The notes: generated by a model not told the origin, from the letters alone. A stretch of 36,069 nt of DNA from Victivallaceae bacterium (GCA_045633645.1 JAZQYS010000216.1:1-36069), one strand, 5' to 3'; counted from the first letter of the stretch, positions 1 through 8,248 are shown. Program-made: numbers and translations.

Positions 1-83
1 ATAGTGATATATAACTCAAATTTTTTGAAAAACGATGATTTTTTCTGCTGGCGTAAAAAGATTTTATTTAGCAAATTTTAAAT

Positions 84-112
84 TTGCAAGTATTATATTT
101 TTATGGTATATT
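84..112 (+). promoter_or_regulatory. candidate sigma70-type promoter P1 upstream of the SIR2 operon
   Basis: TTGCAA (84-89), 17-nt spacer, TATATT (107-112), preceded by TGg (104-106) as an extended -10. It would give a ~170-nt leader. Host promoter rules are unknown. Confidence 0.25.
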
Positions 113-205
113 ACAGCAAGTAGCATTGGTTGGTAAAAAACTCTGCCACTGTTGCCCCAGATGAGTAAACTGAACAGGAACTAAAATATTAGCTTTGGAA
201 AGTTA

Positions 206-233
206 TTGTCATCGGGAAACATGAAATTAATAA
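206..233 (+). promoter_or_regulatory. candidate sigma70-type promoter P2, proximal to the SIR2 gene
   Basis: TTGTCA (206-211), 16-nt spacer, TAATAA (228-233). The predicted start lies just before the 244-262 palindrome. Confidence 0.25.
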
Positions 234-243
234 ACATAAAAAG

Positions 244-262
244 TTTTAGATACTATCTAAAA
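244..262. promoter_or_regulatory. perfect 9+1+9 palindrome TTTTAGATA-C-TATCTAAAA (operator-like)
   Basis: Read directly from the sequence. It sits between candidate promoter P2 and the GGAG RBS (277-280) of the SIR2 gene. Confidence 0.35.
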
Positions 263-290
263 AAATAGACATAAATGGAGTGTGAAAAAT

Positions 291-2933
291 ATGAATACAG
301 TGACTGACAAATTGGCTCACAAGAAGCGCTCTGTGAAAGATTTGGTACGTTTTATAAAAACCAAATCAGGAAATTTATCCAATTTTGCATTGCTTCTTGG
401 TGCAGGGTGTTCTATTACGTCAGGAGTACGTTCTGCTACAGAGTTGTCAGAAATATGGGCACGTGAAATTTATGAAAGCTACGATGGCGACCCTAAAGAT
501 AATTTGGGACGAATCAGAGATTATTTTAAGCAAAACTATTCAGACTGGTATAATCCCAATCACGAATATAGCAGTTTGTTTGAAAAGCGTTATGATTTGC
601 CAGCTCAAAGGCGTGCATTCGTGGAAGAGGAAGTTGCCGGAAAATTTCCATCCTTGGGATATGCTTATTTAATTCGATTGATCGAAAATCGGTATTTCAA
701 CACAATTTTCACCACTAACTTTGACGATCTCATAAATGAATCTTTTCATCTCTTTGCAGACAGCAACTTGTCAGATGACGAAAGTGTCAGAGATTTAATG
801 CGTCCCATTGTGTGTGCTCATGATTCATCTGTAAAAAGTATTTCTGTAACTTCTGTTAGACCTAAAATTATTAAATTGCATGGAGATTTCCTTTTTGATG
901 ATATAAAAAGTACTCTGCGTGAAACAGAGTCTTTAGAAGAAAACATTCGTAATAAATTCGTTGAATTTTGTAAGGAGTTTGGACTAATCGCTGTTGGGTA
1001 TGCAGGCAATGACAGATCTGTTATGGATGTCATAAATTATTTGCTAAAGAGTGATGATTATTTAAAGAACGGCCTTTACTGGTGTGTTAGAAAAGGAGAT
1101 CCCATCTCGGACGAATTGCATAAATTGTTATGGAAAGATCGAGTTTATTACGTTGAAATTGATGGTTTTGATGAGCTTTTTGCTGAATTATACGAAGAGG
1201 TAAATTTAGAAAAACGCAGTCTCCCATTGCCCCAAGATCTACCTAATAAGAACAATATAATTATAGAACGGTTGGTAAGTAACAGTACTTTATTAAATAG
1301 TTCGTCTGATATTATAAAAAATGTAATTGAAAAATTGCAAAATGAGAAAAAGAAAAATTCTTTTTTCAGCAGTGTAAGAGAAGTTTTATTTCCAGAAGGT
1401 AAAATTGATGATTTCCAAGGTCTTTCCAGTGATGAAACCTTTGAATTGTTCGAAATAGACCGTTTGCGTACAGCAAAACGTTATGATGAAGCTTTAATTC
1501 GAGTCAAGTCAAATATATCAAATCCTGATTATTCGTTTTCCTTTAAAAATCGGCTGAAACATATTGCTGCAAATATTTTGAAAAGGCAAAGTAAATTTGA
1601 AGAAGCTCTTAAATATTGTGATGAGATAATTGCCGATTCCATGAATAATCCAGAAGAGTATCTTTTTAAAAACAATTTTTTAAAAAAGCATGAAGATAGA
1701 ATTGAAAATTTAAGAGAATGCATTAAAAAACATCCCTTCTTTTCAAGAATATATGAACAAATTGTGCATTATGAAAAAGAACTTTTGTCTCACAATTTTA
1801 ATGATCGGACAACATTGCTGACACAATTGATTGAAGATTTGGAAAATGGAATCAAATGTAATCCGGCGATGGATAATGATTGCTATTCTGCGAAATTTTC
1901 ACTATTGCTGAGTAAACGTAAAGAATATAGTGAAAACTGGTATAGAGAAGCCTTAAATATTTGCAAAAATGCAGAATCACAAAATCCAGAACATCCATTG
2001 GTATTCGATTTTAAACGCCAATTAATAACAAATGATCCGCACTGTAGCTCTGATAAAAAGAAGGAAATGTTATTGGAGCTCTGGGATAAATCAATTCAGA
2101 AATTAGATGATAATTTTGATATTTATATCGGAACGTGTCTTCAGCTTTTAGACGAAACGATAGTATCAGCAGAAAAAATAGATTCTGTTACAAAGTATAT
2201 AGAGAAAAATGAAAATAGACTGAAAGGAAAAATTCGTTTTGCAAGAATGTTTGCGGATTTTTATGCAAGACGCAGTGGAAATATTACAAAAGCATTACAA
2301 CTGTGGTCAAGTATTCCAGAGGACGATTATGATTTTGAAATTCTTGATTCACTCAAGAGTTGTTATTCTATTCTCAAGAAAAAAACTGAATTTGAAGCTT
2401 TATTATTACGGGTTAAGGATAATTTTAATACCAAAGGGCAATTGCGTATTGATTTGATGATTGCTGAGAGTCAAGAGGATTATGTTAAAGCTTTAGATAT
2501 ACTGAAAAAATTACAGGCAGATCAAGCTTATGATTATGAATATTTTACACAAGAGATGTATGCAAATCTTTGCATAGAAAATTTTGAAGAAGTTTTTACT
2601 CGTTCAAACGATATGTTGCAAGATATCACCTCAAATGAAGATAGATCATACTGTGACTTGATTAACTATGAAATTGCCCGAAAAGAGATAAAAAATCGTA
2701 AGGTTCGAGACGATAAACTCGAACATATTATTAACAGCAATGCTTCAGTTCCTTTGAAAGTAGCTGCATATCTTTTGTTAGATAGAGATGGAGAAGCAAA
2801 GAATTTTATTATTGACGATATTAAATATGATTTTTTTGCTGTAGCACAGTATTTAAATACTTTTGTGTTCAAAAGGTATTTAGATGATGAAACAAAGAGA
2901 AAGCTAGAAGATAAGTTAACTAAAGTAGTCTGA
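291..2933 (+). CDS. SIR2-family (SIR2_2/DHS-like NAD-binding) domain protein with a long C-terminal helical, TPR-like repeat region; putative NAD+-depleting defence effector
   Basis: The ORF track gives 282-2933. I prefer ATG 291 because GGAG at 277-280 lies 10 nt upstream, whereas GTG 282 has no spacing. Motifs: LLLGAGCSITSG, TTNFDDL (Asn146, ORF numbering, nt 717-719), KLHGDF (His200, nt 879-881), GYAGNDRS. The C-terminal ~570 aa is K/E/L-rich and helical, with no P-loop and no TM segment. Confidence 0.8.
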   Translation: MNTVTDKLAHKKRSVKDLVRFIKTKSGNLSNFALLLGAGCSITSGVRSATELSEIWAREIYESYDGDPKDNLGRIRDYFKQNYSDWYNPNHEYSSLFEKRYDLPAQRRAFVEEEVAGKFPSLGYAYLIRLIENRYFNTIFTTNFDDLINESFHLFADSNLSDDESVRDLMRPIVCAHDSSVKSISVTSVRPKIIKLHGDFLFDDIKSTLRETESLEENIRNKFVEFCKEFGLIAVGYAGNDRSVMDVINYLLKSDDYLKNGLYWCVRKGDPISDELHKLLWKDRVYYVEIDGFDELFAELYEEVNLEKRSLPLPQDLPNKNNIIIERLVSNSTLLNSSSDIIKNVIEKLQNEKKKNSFFSSVREVLFPEGKIDDFQGLSSDETFELFEIDRLRTAKRYDEALIRVKSNISNPDYSFSFKNRLKHIAANILKRQSKFEEALKYCDEIIADSMNNPEEYLFKNNFLKKHEDRIENLRECIKKHPFFSRIYEQIVHYEKELLSHNFNDRTTLLTQLIEDLENGIKCNPAMDNDCYSAKFSLLLSKRKEYSENWYREALNICKNAESQNPEHPLVFDFKRQLITNDPHCSSDKKKEMLLELWDKSIQKLDDNFDIYIGTCLQLLDETIVSAEKIDSVTKYIEKNENRLKGKIRFARMFADFYARRSGNITKALQLWSSIPEDDYDFEILDSLKSCYSILKKKTEFEALLLRVKDNFNTKGQLRIDLMIAESQEDYVKALDILKKLQADQAYDYEYFTQEMYANLCIENFEEVFTRSNDMLQDITSNEDRSYCDLINYEIARKEIKNRKVRDDKLEHIINSNASVPLKVAAYLLLDRDGEAKNFIIDDIKYDFFAVAQYLNTFVFKRYLDDETKRKLEDKLTKVV

Positions 2934-2965
2934 TTCAAAAAACGATTTTGCAATGGAGAAACAAT

Positions 2966-3346
2966 ATGATTTATTCTGAAGAACAGTGGGAAATTCAAAA
3001 ACAGCAAACGGAAACATTGCAAAAATTTCTTGAAGGCTGTTGTAAGGCAATGGAAATAGAAAATGACCGGCAGGAAGCTATTGGAGCATTGCAGTTTTTT
3101 GATCGACAGAAAGCGATTAATACGTTGTTGAAGCTGCTGAATAAATATTATCTGCCAAATCAATTTTTTATGAATGCTTTACGGGACGGTAACATTTCAG
3201 ATTGGCAACTATGCAATGAGTTGAACAACATCGTTCAGAGCATTTACTTTGTTGCCATAATGAAATACTGTGCCGAAGAAGCAATAAAAAGTATGGCAAA
3301 ACAGGCATTGGAAACGAGCAGAAAAATAGCTGGAACTTTTAAATAA
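2966..3346 (+). CDS. hypothetical small helical protein (126 aa), co-oriented partner of the SIR2 protein
   Basis: ORF 2948-3346. ATG at 2966 is preceded by GGAGA (2955-2959) at 6-nt spacing. It starts 32 nt after the SIR2 stop and shares the same AT-rich composition. No recognisable motif. Confidence 0.55.
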   Translation: MIYSEEQWEIQKQQTETLQKFLEGCCKAMEIENDRQEAIGALQFFDRQKAINTLLKLLNKYYLPNQFFMNALRDGNISDWQLCNELNNIVQSIYFVAIMKYCAEEAIKSMAKQALETSRKIAGTFK

Positions 3347-3377
3347 CTCCTGCGCCTTAAAGTTTCTGTTATTTTTC

Positions 3378-3413
3378 AATATAAAAACACCGGTAGAATC
3401 ATGTTTTTATATT
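3378..3413. terminator. 12-bp perfect inverted repeat (AATATAAAAACA / TGTTTTTATATT, 12-nt loop) between convergent genes
   Basis: Read directly. Arms are 3378-3389 and 3402-3413. The stem is very AT-rich, so the hairpin is weak. It lies at the composition shift and overlaps the Fic stop codon. Confidence 0.3.
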
Positions 3414-4360
3414 TATTTTCCAAAGTATCCGCCGTTTTTAGTGGCACCGCGAAATGCGATTTTACCAGAGGTTTTGAGGCGGTTTAATTCGCGTTGAAGT
3501 GTGCGTAAGGGAATACCCAGGGACTCGGAGATTTGATTGGCTCGACAGCCGGGATGGTTGATGATGAAATCCAATACTGGATTGCCAGTTTCAATGGATG
3601 TTCCGGAGGTGTGCAGCTTCAGAGCGTTCAGGATTTCGTTAAGCATAAAGTCAATGAAAATGCCGCAATCATTCTTTGCACTGCTGGCATTGATCGCCCG
3701 ATAATATTCCGGTTGGTTGTTATGCACCATCGTTTCAACAGGAAGATTCTGAAATACAGGATTCAGTTGGGTCAGAATCAGCGATTGCCATAAACGTCCC
3801 AATCTGCCGTTACCGTCAGCAAAGGGATGGATGAATTCAAATTCATAATGGAATACGCAACTTTTTATCAGCAGATGGTCAGGAGCCGATTTCAACCAGT
3901 GAAAAAGGTCTTTGATCTGACCGGGAACTAATGCCGCCGGTGGCGCAATATGAACAACCTGTTTACCGTCTGACACTCCGACTCCACCTTTGCGGAACTT
4001 GCCGGGTTCTTCGATCAAAGCGGTCATCATCACATTATGCGCTTTCAACAAATCAGGCACCGAAAAGGGATCAAGTTCTGAAAAAAGATCATAAGCAGCG
4101 ATAGCGTTTTTGACTTCCTGAATTTCACGCAACGGAGCAACGACTCTTTTCCCGTCAATAATGTCAGTCACCTGTTTTAAAGACAGAGTATTGCCTTCGA
4201 TCGCCAATGTTGACTGGATCGTTTTGATTTTGTTGGCACGGCGCAGTTTCAGAGAATCAGCAGCCTCCTGTGTAATGGTATAACGTTCCAATAACGCTGA
4301 AATCCTGGCAACAAGCGAAACTGCCTGTGCTGAAACTGTAAAGCAAGGTTGATAGTCCAT
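3413..4360 (-). CDS. Fic family protein (AMPylase-type, class II with N-terminal inhibitory helix) with a C-terminal winged HTH
   Basis: Fic motif HPFADGNGRLGR (nt 3794-3829). Inhibitory motif TLAIEG ([ST]xxxE[GN], Glu55). C-terminal HTH-like ANQISESLGIPLRTLQRELNRLKTSGKI. RBS AAGGGA upstream. Confidence 0.9.
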   Translation of the reverse strand: MDYQPCFTVSAQAVSLVARISALLERYTITQEAADSLKLRRANKIKTIQSTLAIEGNTLSLKQVTDIIDGKRVVAPLREIQEVKNAIAAYDLFSELDPFSVPDLLKAHNVMMTALIEEPGKFRKGGVGVSDGKQVVHIAPPAALVPGQIKDLFHWLKSAPDHLLIKSCVFHYEFEFIHPFADGNGRLGRLWQSLILTQLNPVFQNLPVETMVHNNQPEYYRAINASSAKNDCGIFIDFMLNEILNALKLHTSGTSIETGNPVLDFIINHPGCRANQISESLGIPLRTLQRELNRLKTSGKIAFRGATKNGGYFGK

Positions 4361-4380
4361 ATTTTTCCCTTTCAGCAGTT

Positions 4381-4434
4381 AATATAGCATTTACTCCGCC
4401 AAAAATCAAGATTTACACCGCCATTTACTCCGCC
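4381..4434 (-). promoter_or_regulatory. Fic promoter (TTGATT-N17-TATATT with TGc extended -10) overlapped by three 12-bp direct repeats GGCGG(A/T)GTAAAT
   Basis: On the minus strand the -35 is at 4404-4409 and the -10 at 4381-4386. Plus-strand repeats ATTTAC(T/A)CCGCC are at 4389-4400 (inside the spacer), 4411-4422 and 4423-4434 (just upstream of the -35). Confidence 0.45.
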
Positions 4435-4554
4435 AAGATGGGTGACTTCTCAAAACAATCATAACGCCCTACCGAACCTTTTAACGATACCTTGTGATTG
4501 CTGCCGGGATATTTTACTCCCGACTGGCTCGGTCTGCTTGAACAGTGAAACGCT

Positions 4555-5346
4555 TCACTGCTGACGCTTTTTCCGTAAGGCCCCCGGAGTTACTCCAAGG
4601 ACCTTGCGGAAACGATCTGACATATAATACCGGCTGCAGAAACCGCATATTTCTGCAATCTCCTCAAGCGAATGATCGCTGTTGAGCAGCAGATTGCGTG
4701 CATTACGCAGTTGATGCTGCTCGCGGTAATTGCGCGGGGAGCATCCCAGTTCGCGCGCAAATGTGGTGTAAAAGGTCGAAACCGACACGCCGCATCTGCG
4801 GGCGATCTCCTCCATTGACGGGCAATCATCTGAAGTGAGCATTTTGAGCGCAAGATCAAGTAATTTGTGCGACAGTATGCTTTGTCCTGAATTTACCATG
4901 CACACGCGCAGAAGTGTGTTTTCAAGCAGGTTCAGAGCCAGTTCCTCCCAATTGTTCCGGTGATAATATTCAAGCTCACAGATCTCATCCAGATTGTCGG
5001 TGATTTTTTCAAGATCCTGATTTTCAGGGGTGAAACATCCCATTCCCGGCAGGACCTCCGGGAATGTGAGTATGTCAAGGATATGGCTGCGTACCGGAAA
5101 GTGGAACCAGATATATTTCCAGTATCCGTTGGCGTGGAACGTATAGGCATAGCCCGGCTTGTAGATCAGCAGTGAATGGTGCGGAATATCGATCTTTTCA
5201 TCTTTTAATGATATAGAACCGCTGCCATCGGCAGAAAAAAGCAGTCCCCACGGTTTGAGCAGACGCCGGTTCCAGTGCGAAGGATACAGATGTTTGTTGC
5301 AGCCGCCGATTATTTCAAGTAAAAATTGATCTGATGATTTTTCCAT
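4555..5346 (-). CDS. AraC family transcriptional regulator
   Basis: C-terminal double HTH typical of AraC/XylS (SMEEIARRCGVSVSTFYTTFARELGCSPRNYREQHQLRNARNLL...LEEIAEICGFCSRYYMSDRFRKVLGVTPGALRK), with an N-terminal cupin-like sensor. It is divergent from the glycan operon. Confidence 0.9.
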   Translation of the reverse strand: MEKSSDQFLLEIIGGCNKHLYPSHWNRRLLKPWGLLFSADGSGSISLKDEKIDIPHHSLLIYKPGYAYTFHANGYWKYIWFHFPVRSHILDILTFPEVLPGMGCFTPENQDLEKITDNLDEICELEYYHRNNWEELALNLLENTLLRVCMVNSGQSILSHKLLDLALKMLTSDDCPSMEEIARRCGVSVSTFYTTFARELGCSPRNYREQHQLRNARNLLLNSDHSLEEIAEICGFCSRYYMSDRFRKVLGVTPGALRKKRQQ

Positions 5347-5383
5347 TTTGTAGAAACACGTATTTTTTTTACAGAATTTCTGA

Positions 5384-5412
5384 TTGTTTCAACCTGCATT
5401 TTGTGATATAAT
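5384..5412 (+). promoter_or_regulatory. candidate promoter of the plus-strand glycan operon
   Basis: TTGTTT (5384-5389), 17-nt spacer, TATAAT (5407-5412), with TGa extended -10 at 5404-5406. Located in the AraC/GH127 divergent intergenic region. Confidence 0.35.
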
Positions 5413-5459
5413 ATACTGCATACAAGAGAAACATTCAAATATAACAAAAAATTTTAATT

Positions 5460-7373
5460 ATGGAAAAATATATATTTTCAGATCAGATAACTCCGCTTTC
5501 CATCGGCAGCTGCACTTTCAAAGGTGCGATCGCTGAAACCATGGAAAAATTCTTTTTTCAGCGCATCAATTCATCCGATGCCAGAAAAAAAGTCTATCAG
5601 GAGACCATCGATGCCTACCGCAACCGGATCGATGATGACCGCAAAGTCATCGGTATCTGGCAGGGGGAATACTGGGGCAAATGGATCATAAGTGCTGTCC
5701 GTGCGGCAAAGTACTCCGGAAATGCGGAACTGGTTTCTTTTATCCGCAGCGCAGTGTACGAACTGCTGACGCTCCAGCAACCTGATGGATGTATTTCAAC
5801 ATATAAAGATGTTACATTGTTTCATAGTGCACCGCCGGAGGAAGTCATAAAAGTCCTGGGGGTACCCTGTGACTGGAACTGGAACATCTGGTGCCGCAAA
5901 TATACCCTCTGGGGATTGCTTGAAGCATGGGAACTGCTTCAGGAACAGCCGATGCTCACCGCTGCTGAACGCTTGGCGGATCAGCTCATAACCAGTCTGG
6001 AAGAGACCGGAACCGATATCCATGATACCGGTACTTTCTGTGGTATGCCAAGCTGTTCGATATTGAAACCCATGCTGATGCTCTACCGTTACACCGGCAG
6101 AAAACGGTTTCTTGAATTTGCCGATTTCATCGTTGACGGCTGGAAACGCAGTGACGGAAAGCTGCCCAATCTGATAAACAATCCGCTTTCCGGCAAACCG
6201 GTACATCTCTGGGGTGAGGTGTCCGCCACCCGCTGGGCGAAAGCCTATGAGATGCTTTCCTGCTACGACGGACTGCTGGAGTATTACCGTGTGACCGGCA
6301 GTAAAGAGGCTCTTGATGCTTCGCAGCAGCTTTACAAATTGCTCAAAGAATATGAACTCAATCAGGTGGGCAGTGTCGGATTCAACGACCAGTTCGTACA
6401 CGCTGCACAGATCATGGAGTGCATCACAGAGCCGTGCGATGCCATACACTGGATGCGGTTCTGCGGAGAACTTTTCAAACTTACCGGTAAGCCGGAGTAT
6501 CTCGACTCATTTGAATTTGCATACTGCAATGCATTTCTCGCAAGTGCTCACCGCGACGGCAAATGGGGACTGCGCGGTGCAAGAAGCTCCGGGCACCACC
6601 TGGAGGCTCCCGGGCAGGCGAGGATGCTCTACAATCACTGCTGCGTGAACAATATGCCGCGCGGGTTCATCAACGCTGTGGAATGTGCTGTCATGAAGAA
6701 ACAAAATCAGCTTTACCTCAATTTCTGTTTTCCGCTGGATTGTCAGGCGGTACTTGATGACGGCAATCAGGTCTTGCTTTCAGTTTCCGACGGTTATCTG
6801 CAGTACGGTAAAGTCACCGTTACGGTCAATGCACAGAAGGCTTTTGTCATGCAGGTGCGTATCCCGGATTGGAGCCGGAATACAGTTGTCGTTTTGAACG
6901 GTACAAAGTTCGCTCCGGAGGCTGGAACTTTTGCCGCACTGGAATTGGCGGCTGGAGAAAACAGTTTTACCGTCGAATTTGACCATACCGTACAGCTGTT
7001 GGATGTTTCCGGGGCGGATCCGGCTGACCTTGATCCCTGGTACAGGCGCCGCTATTTTTCTGACGAACAAGGGGTGAAATCCGAACTTGAGATCATTACT
7101 TCTCCGGAAACAGTCATCCGGATCGGGCCTGTTCTGCTGGCAAGAAGCAGGATCATCGGAAATACTCTAGAAGAAATGTTCGATGCTCCGTCGATTCACG
7201 GCAGAAATTTCAAATGCAAGTTGACTCCGGCTGATATCGAGGGTGTTTTTGCCGGATTTGAAGCGGAATTCACATCTCCGGATGGAGAAAGTTTTACGAC
7301 AAAAGTCTGTGATTACGCTTCTTCCGGAAATGTCAAAATTGAAGAAAACCTCTTTTTCAATATGTTTTTCTGA
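5460..7373 (+). CDS. glycoside hydrolase family 127-like (DUF1680, beta-L-arabinofuranosidase-type) protein
   Basis: 637 aa with no signal peptide. It has TEPCD (Glu-x-Cys) and [10 protein letters not shown] (Cys-Cys), spaced roughly as the Zn/catalytic Cys cluster of GH127. No obvious SD precedes ATG 5460, so the start is uncertain. Confidence 0.6.
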   Translation: MEKYIFSDQITPLSIGSCTFKGAIAETMEKFFFQRINSSDARKKVYQETIDAYRNRIDDDRKVIGIWQGEYWGKWIISAVRAAKYSGNAELVSFIRSAVYELLTLQQPDGCISTYKDVTLFHSAPPEEVIKVLGVPCDWNWNIWCRKYTLWGLLEAWELLQEQPMLTAAERLADQLITSLEETGTDIHDTGTFCGMPSCSILKPMLMLYRYTGRKRFLEFADFIVDGWKRSDGKLPNLINNPLSGKPVHLWGEVSATRWAKAYEMLSCYDGLLEYYRVTGSKEALDASQQLYKLLKEYELNQVGSVGFNDQFVHAAQIMECITEPCDAIHWMRFCGELFKLTGKPEYLDSFEFAYCNAFLASAHRDGKWGLRGARSSGHHLEAPGQARMLYNHCCVNNMPRGFINAVECAVMKKQNQLYLNFCFPLDCQAVLDDGNQVLLSVSDGYLQYGKVTVTVNAQKAFVMQVRIPDWSRNTVVVLNGTKFAPEAGTFAALELAAGENSFTVEFDHTVQLLDVSGADPADLDPWYRRRYFSDEQGVKSELEIITSPETVIRIGPVLLARSRIIGNTLEEMFDAPSIHGRNFKCKLTPADIEGVFAGFEAEFTSPDGESFTTKVCDYASSGNVKIEENLFFNMFF

Positions 7374-7398
7374 TCCAACAAAAGAGAAAGGATTTGCC

Positions 7399-8220
7399 AT
7401 GAAAAGAAAATTTCTCCACCTGCAAAGCTGCCGTTTCACGTTGATCGAGCTGCTTGTTGTCATTGCAATCATTGCGATTCTTGCGGCGATGTTGATGCCG
7501 GCGTTGAACAAGGCACGCAGCAAAGCTCAGGAAATGTCTTGCATGAACAACTTGAAGCAGATCGCCCAAATACATGATCTCTACAGTTCGGCTCAGAAAG
7601 GTTATATGATCCCGAGTACACAATATGGTTTGAATGATGGCAGTTTGACAACCTTCTACTGGTATCGGACCGCTATCAATTTGATGAATTTTGCCCCCTC
7701 TTTTCTGGCTTGTCCGGCAAACAACATCAACATCACCCCCATAGGCAGTGTCTCCGGAAATACGACTTGCTATTGGAACTATACCGGATTGCAGAAAAAA
7801 CGCCGGACATACCAGCAGAATTTTCTGATCGGGCGGTGCAATCAGGCACCCACTCACAAGGAATACCGGGCAGGATGGTTAACAGGAAAATTTCGAAGAC
7901 CCTCCATCTCCATTGTCAATTTCTGCTCTTACTGGAAGGAAGCATATGATCCAGCTCTCGGTGTCGGTGATTTGCATTATCTTCGACTGAATTCTGCCGG
8001 AAGTGGAAAATATGAAACTGTCCATGAAGATAAATTTACCTTTTCCTTTGCTGATGGTCATGTTGCAATGGTTTCCCGTACCAGGTTTGAATCAAATTAT
8101 TATCTTGCCGACGGTACGGGGAAGGGCATTGCAGGCGGTACCGGCGCAAATAACGCCAAACTTACAGATGTAAACCGCGGGTGTGCGAATTTTATCCATG
8201 GTCAGGGAACTGACTGGTGA
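7399..8220 (+). CDS. prepilin-type N-terminal domain protein with C-terminal H-X9-DG motif (DUF1559-like)
   Basis: The ORF track starts at 7243, but the ATG at 7399 follows AAAGAGAAAGGA and yields [37 protein letters not shown]-terminal [12 protein letters not shown] fits H-X9-DG. Confidence 0.85.
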   Translation: MKRKFLHLQSCRFTLIELLVVIAIIAILAAMLMPALNKARSKAQEMSCMNNLKQIAQIHDLYSSAQKGYMIPSTQYGLNDGSLTTFYWYRTAINLMNFAPSFLACPANNINITPIGSVSGNTTCYWNYTGLQKKRRTYQQNFLIGRCNQAPTHKEYRAGWLTGKFRRPSISIVNFCSYWKEAYDPALGVGDLHYLRLNSAGSGKYETVHEDKFTFSFADGHVAMVSRTRFESNYYLADGTGKGIAGGTGANNAKLTDVNRGCANFIHGQGTDW

Positions 8221-8248
8221 TTTCCAATTTATTTAAAGGCATGAACAA

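Noticed and set aside
282-2933. Whether the SIR2 protein is an Avs5-type SIR2-STAND, a ThsA or the SIR2 partner of a HerA or pAgo system.
   Set aside because: I found no Walker A/B (STAND or HerA) anywhere in the 880 aa and no SLOG-like C-terminus. No adjacent HerA, pAgo/APAZ or TIR gene is present. Those assignments are therefore not supported. DSR2-like remains the live alternative.
385-3163. Small ORFs inside or antisense to the SIR2 gene (385-672, 818-1033, 1529-1723, 2239-2457, 2666-3163).
   Set aside because: They are alternative-frame or antisense ORFs within a gene that has strong domain signatures. AT-rich DNA generates such ORFs by chance only rarely, but none of these has a start context or a motif.
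4389-4434. Possible CRISPR or other array formed by the repeated 12-mers.
   Set aside because: There are only three 12-bp units, two of them contiguous, with no spacers of regular length and no cas genes. Their position over a promoter fits operator sites instead. No CRISPR-like array was seen anywhere in the window.
4543-4560. Hairpin CAGTGAA-ACGC-TTCACTG overlapping the AraC stop codon, as a terminator. The similar weak hairpins at 16444-16464 and 21513-21529 were also considered.
   Set aside because: The stems are short (6-7 bp) and no T-run follows on the relevant strand. That is insufficient to call a terminator.
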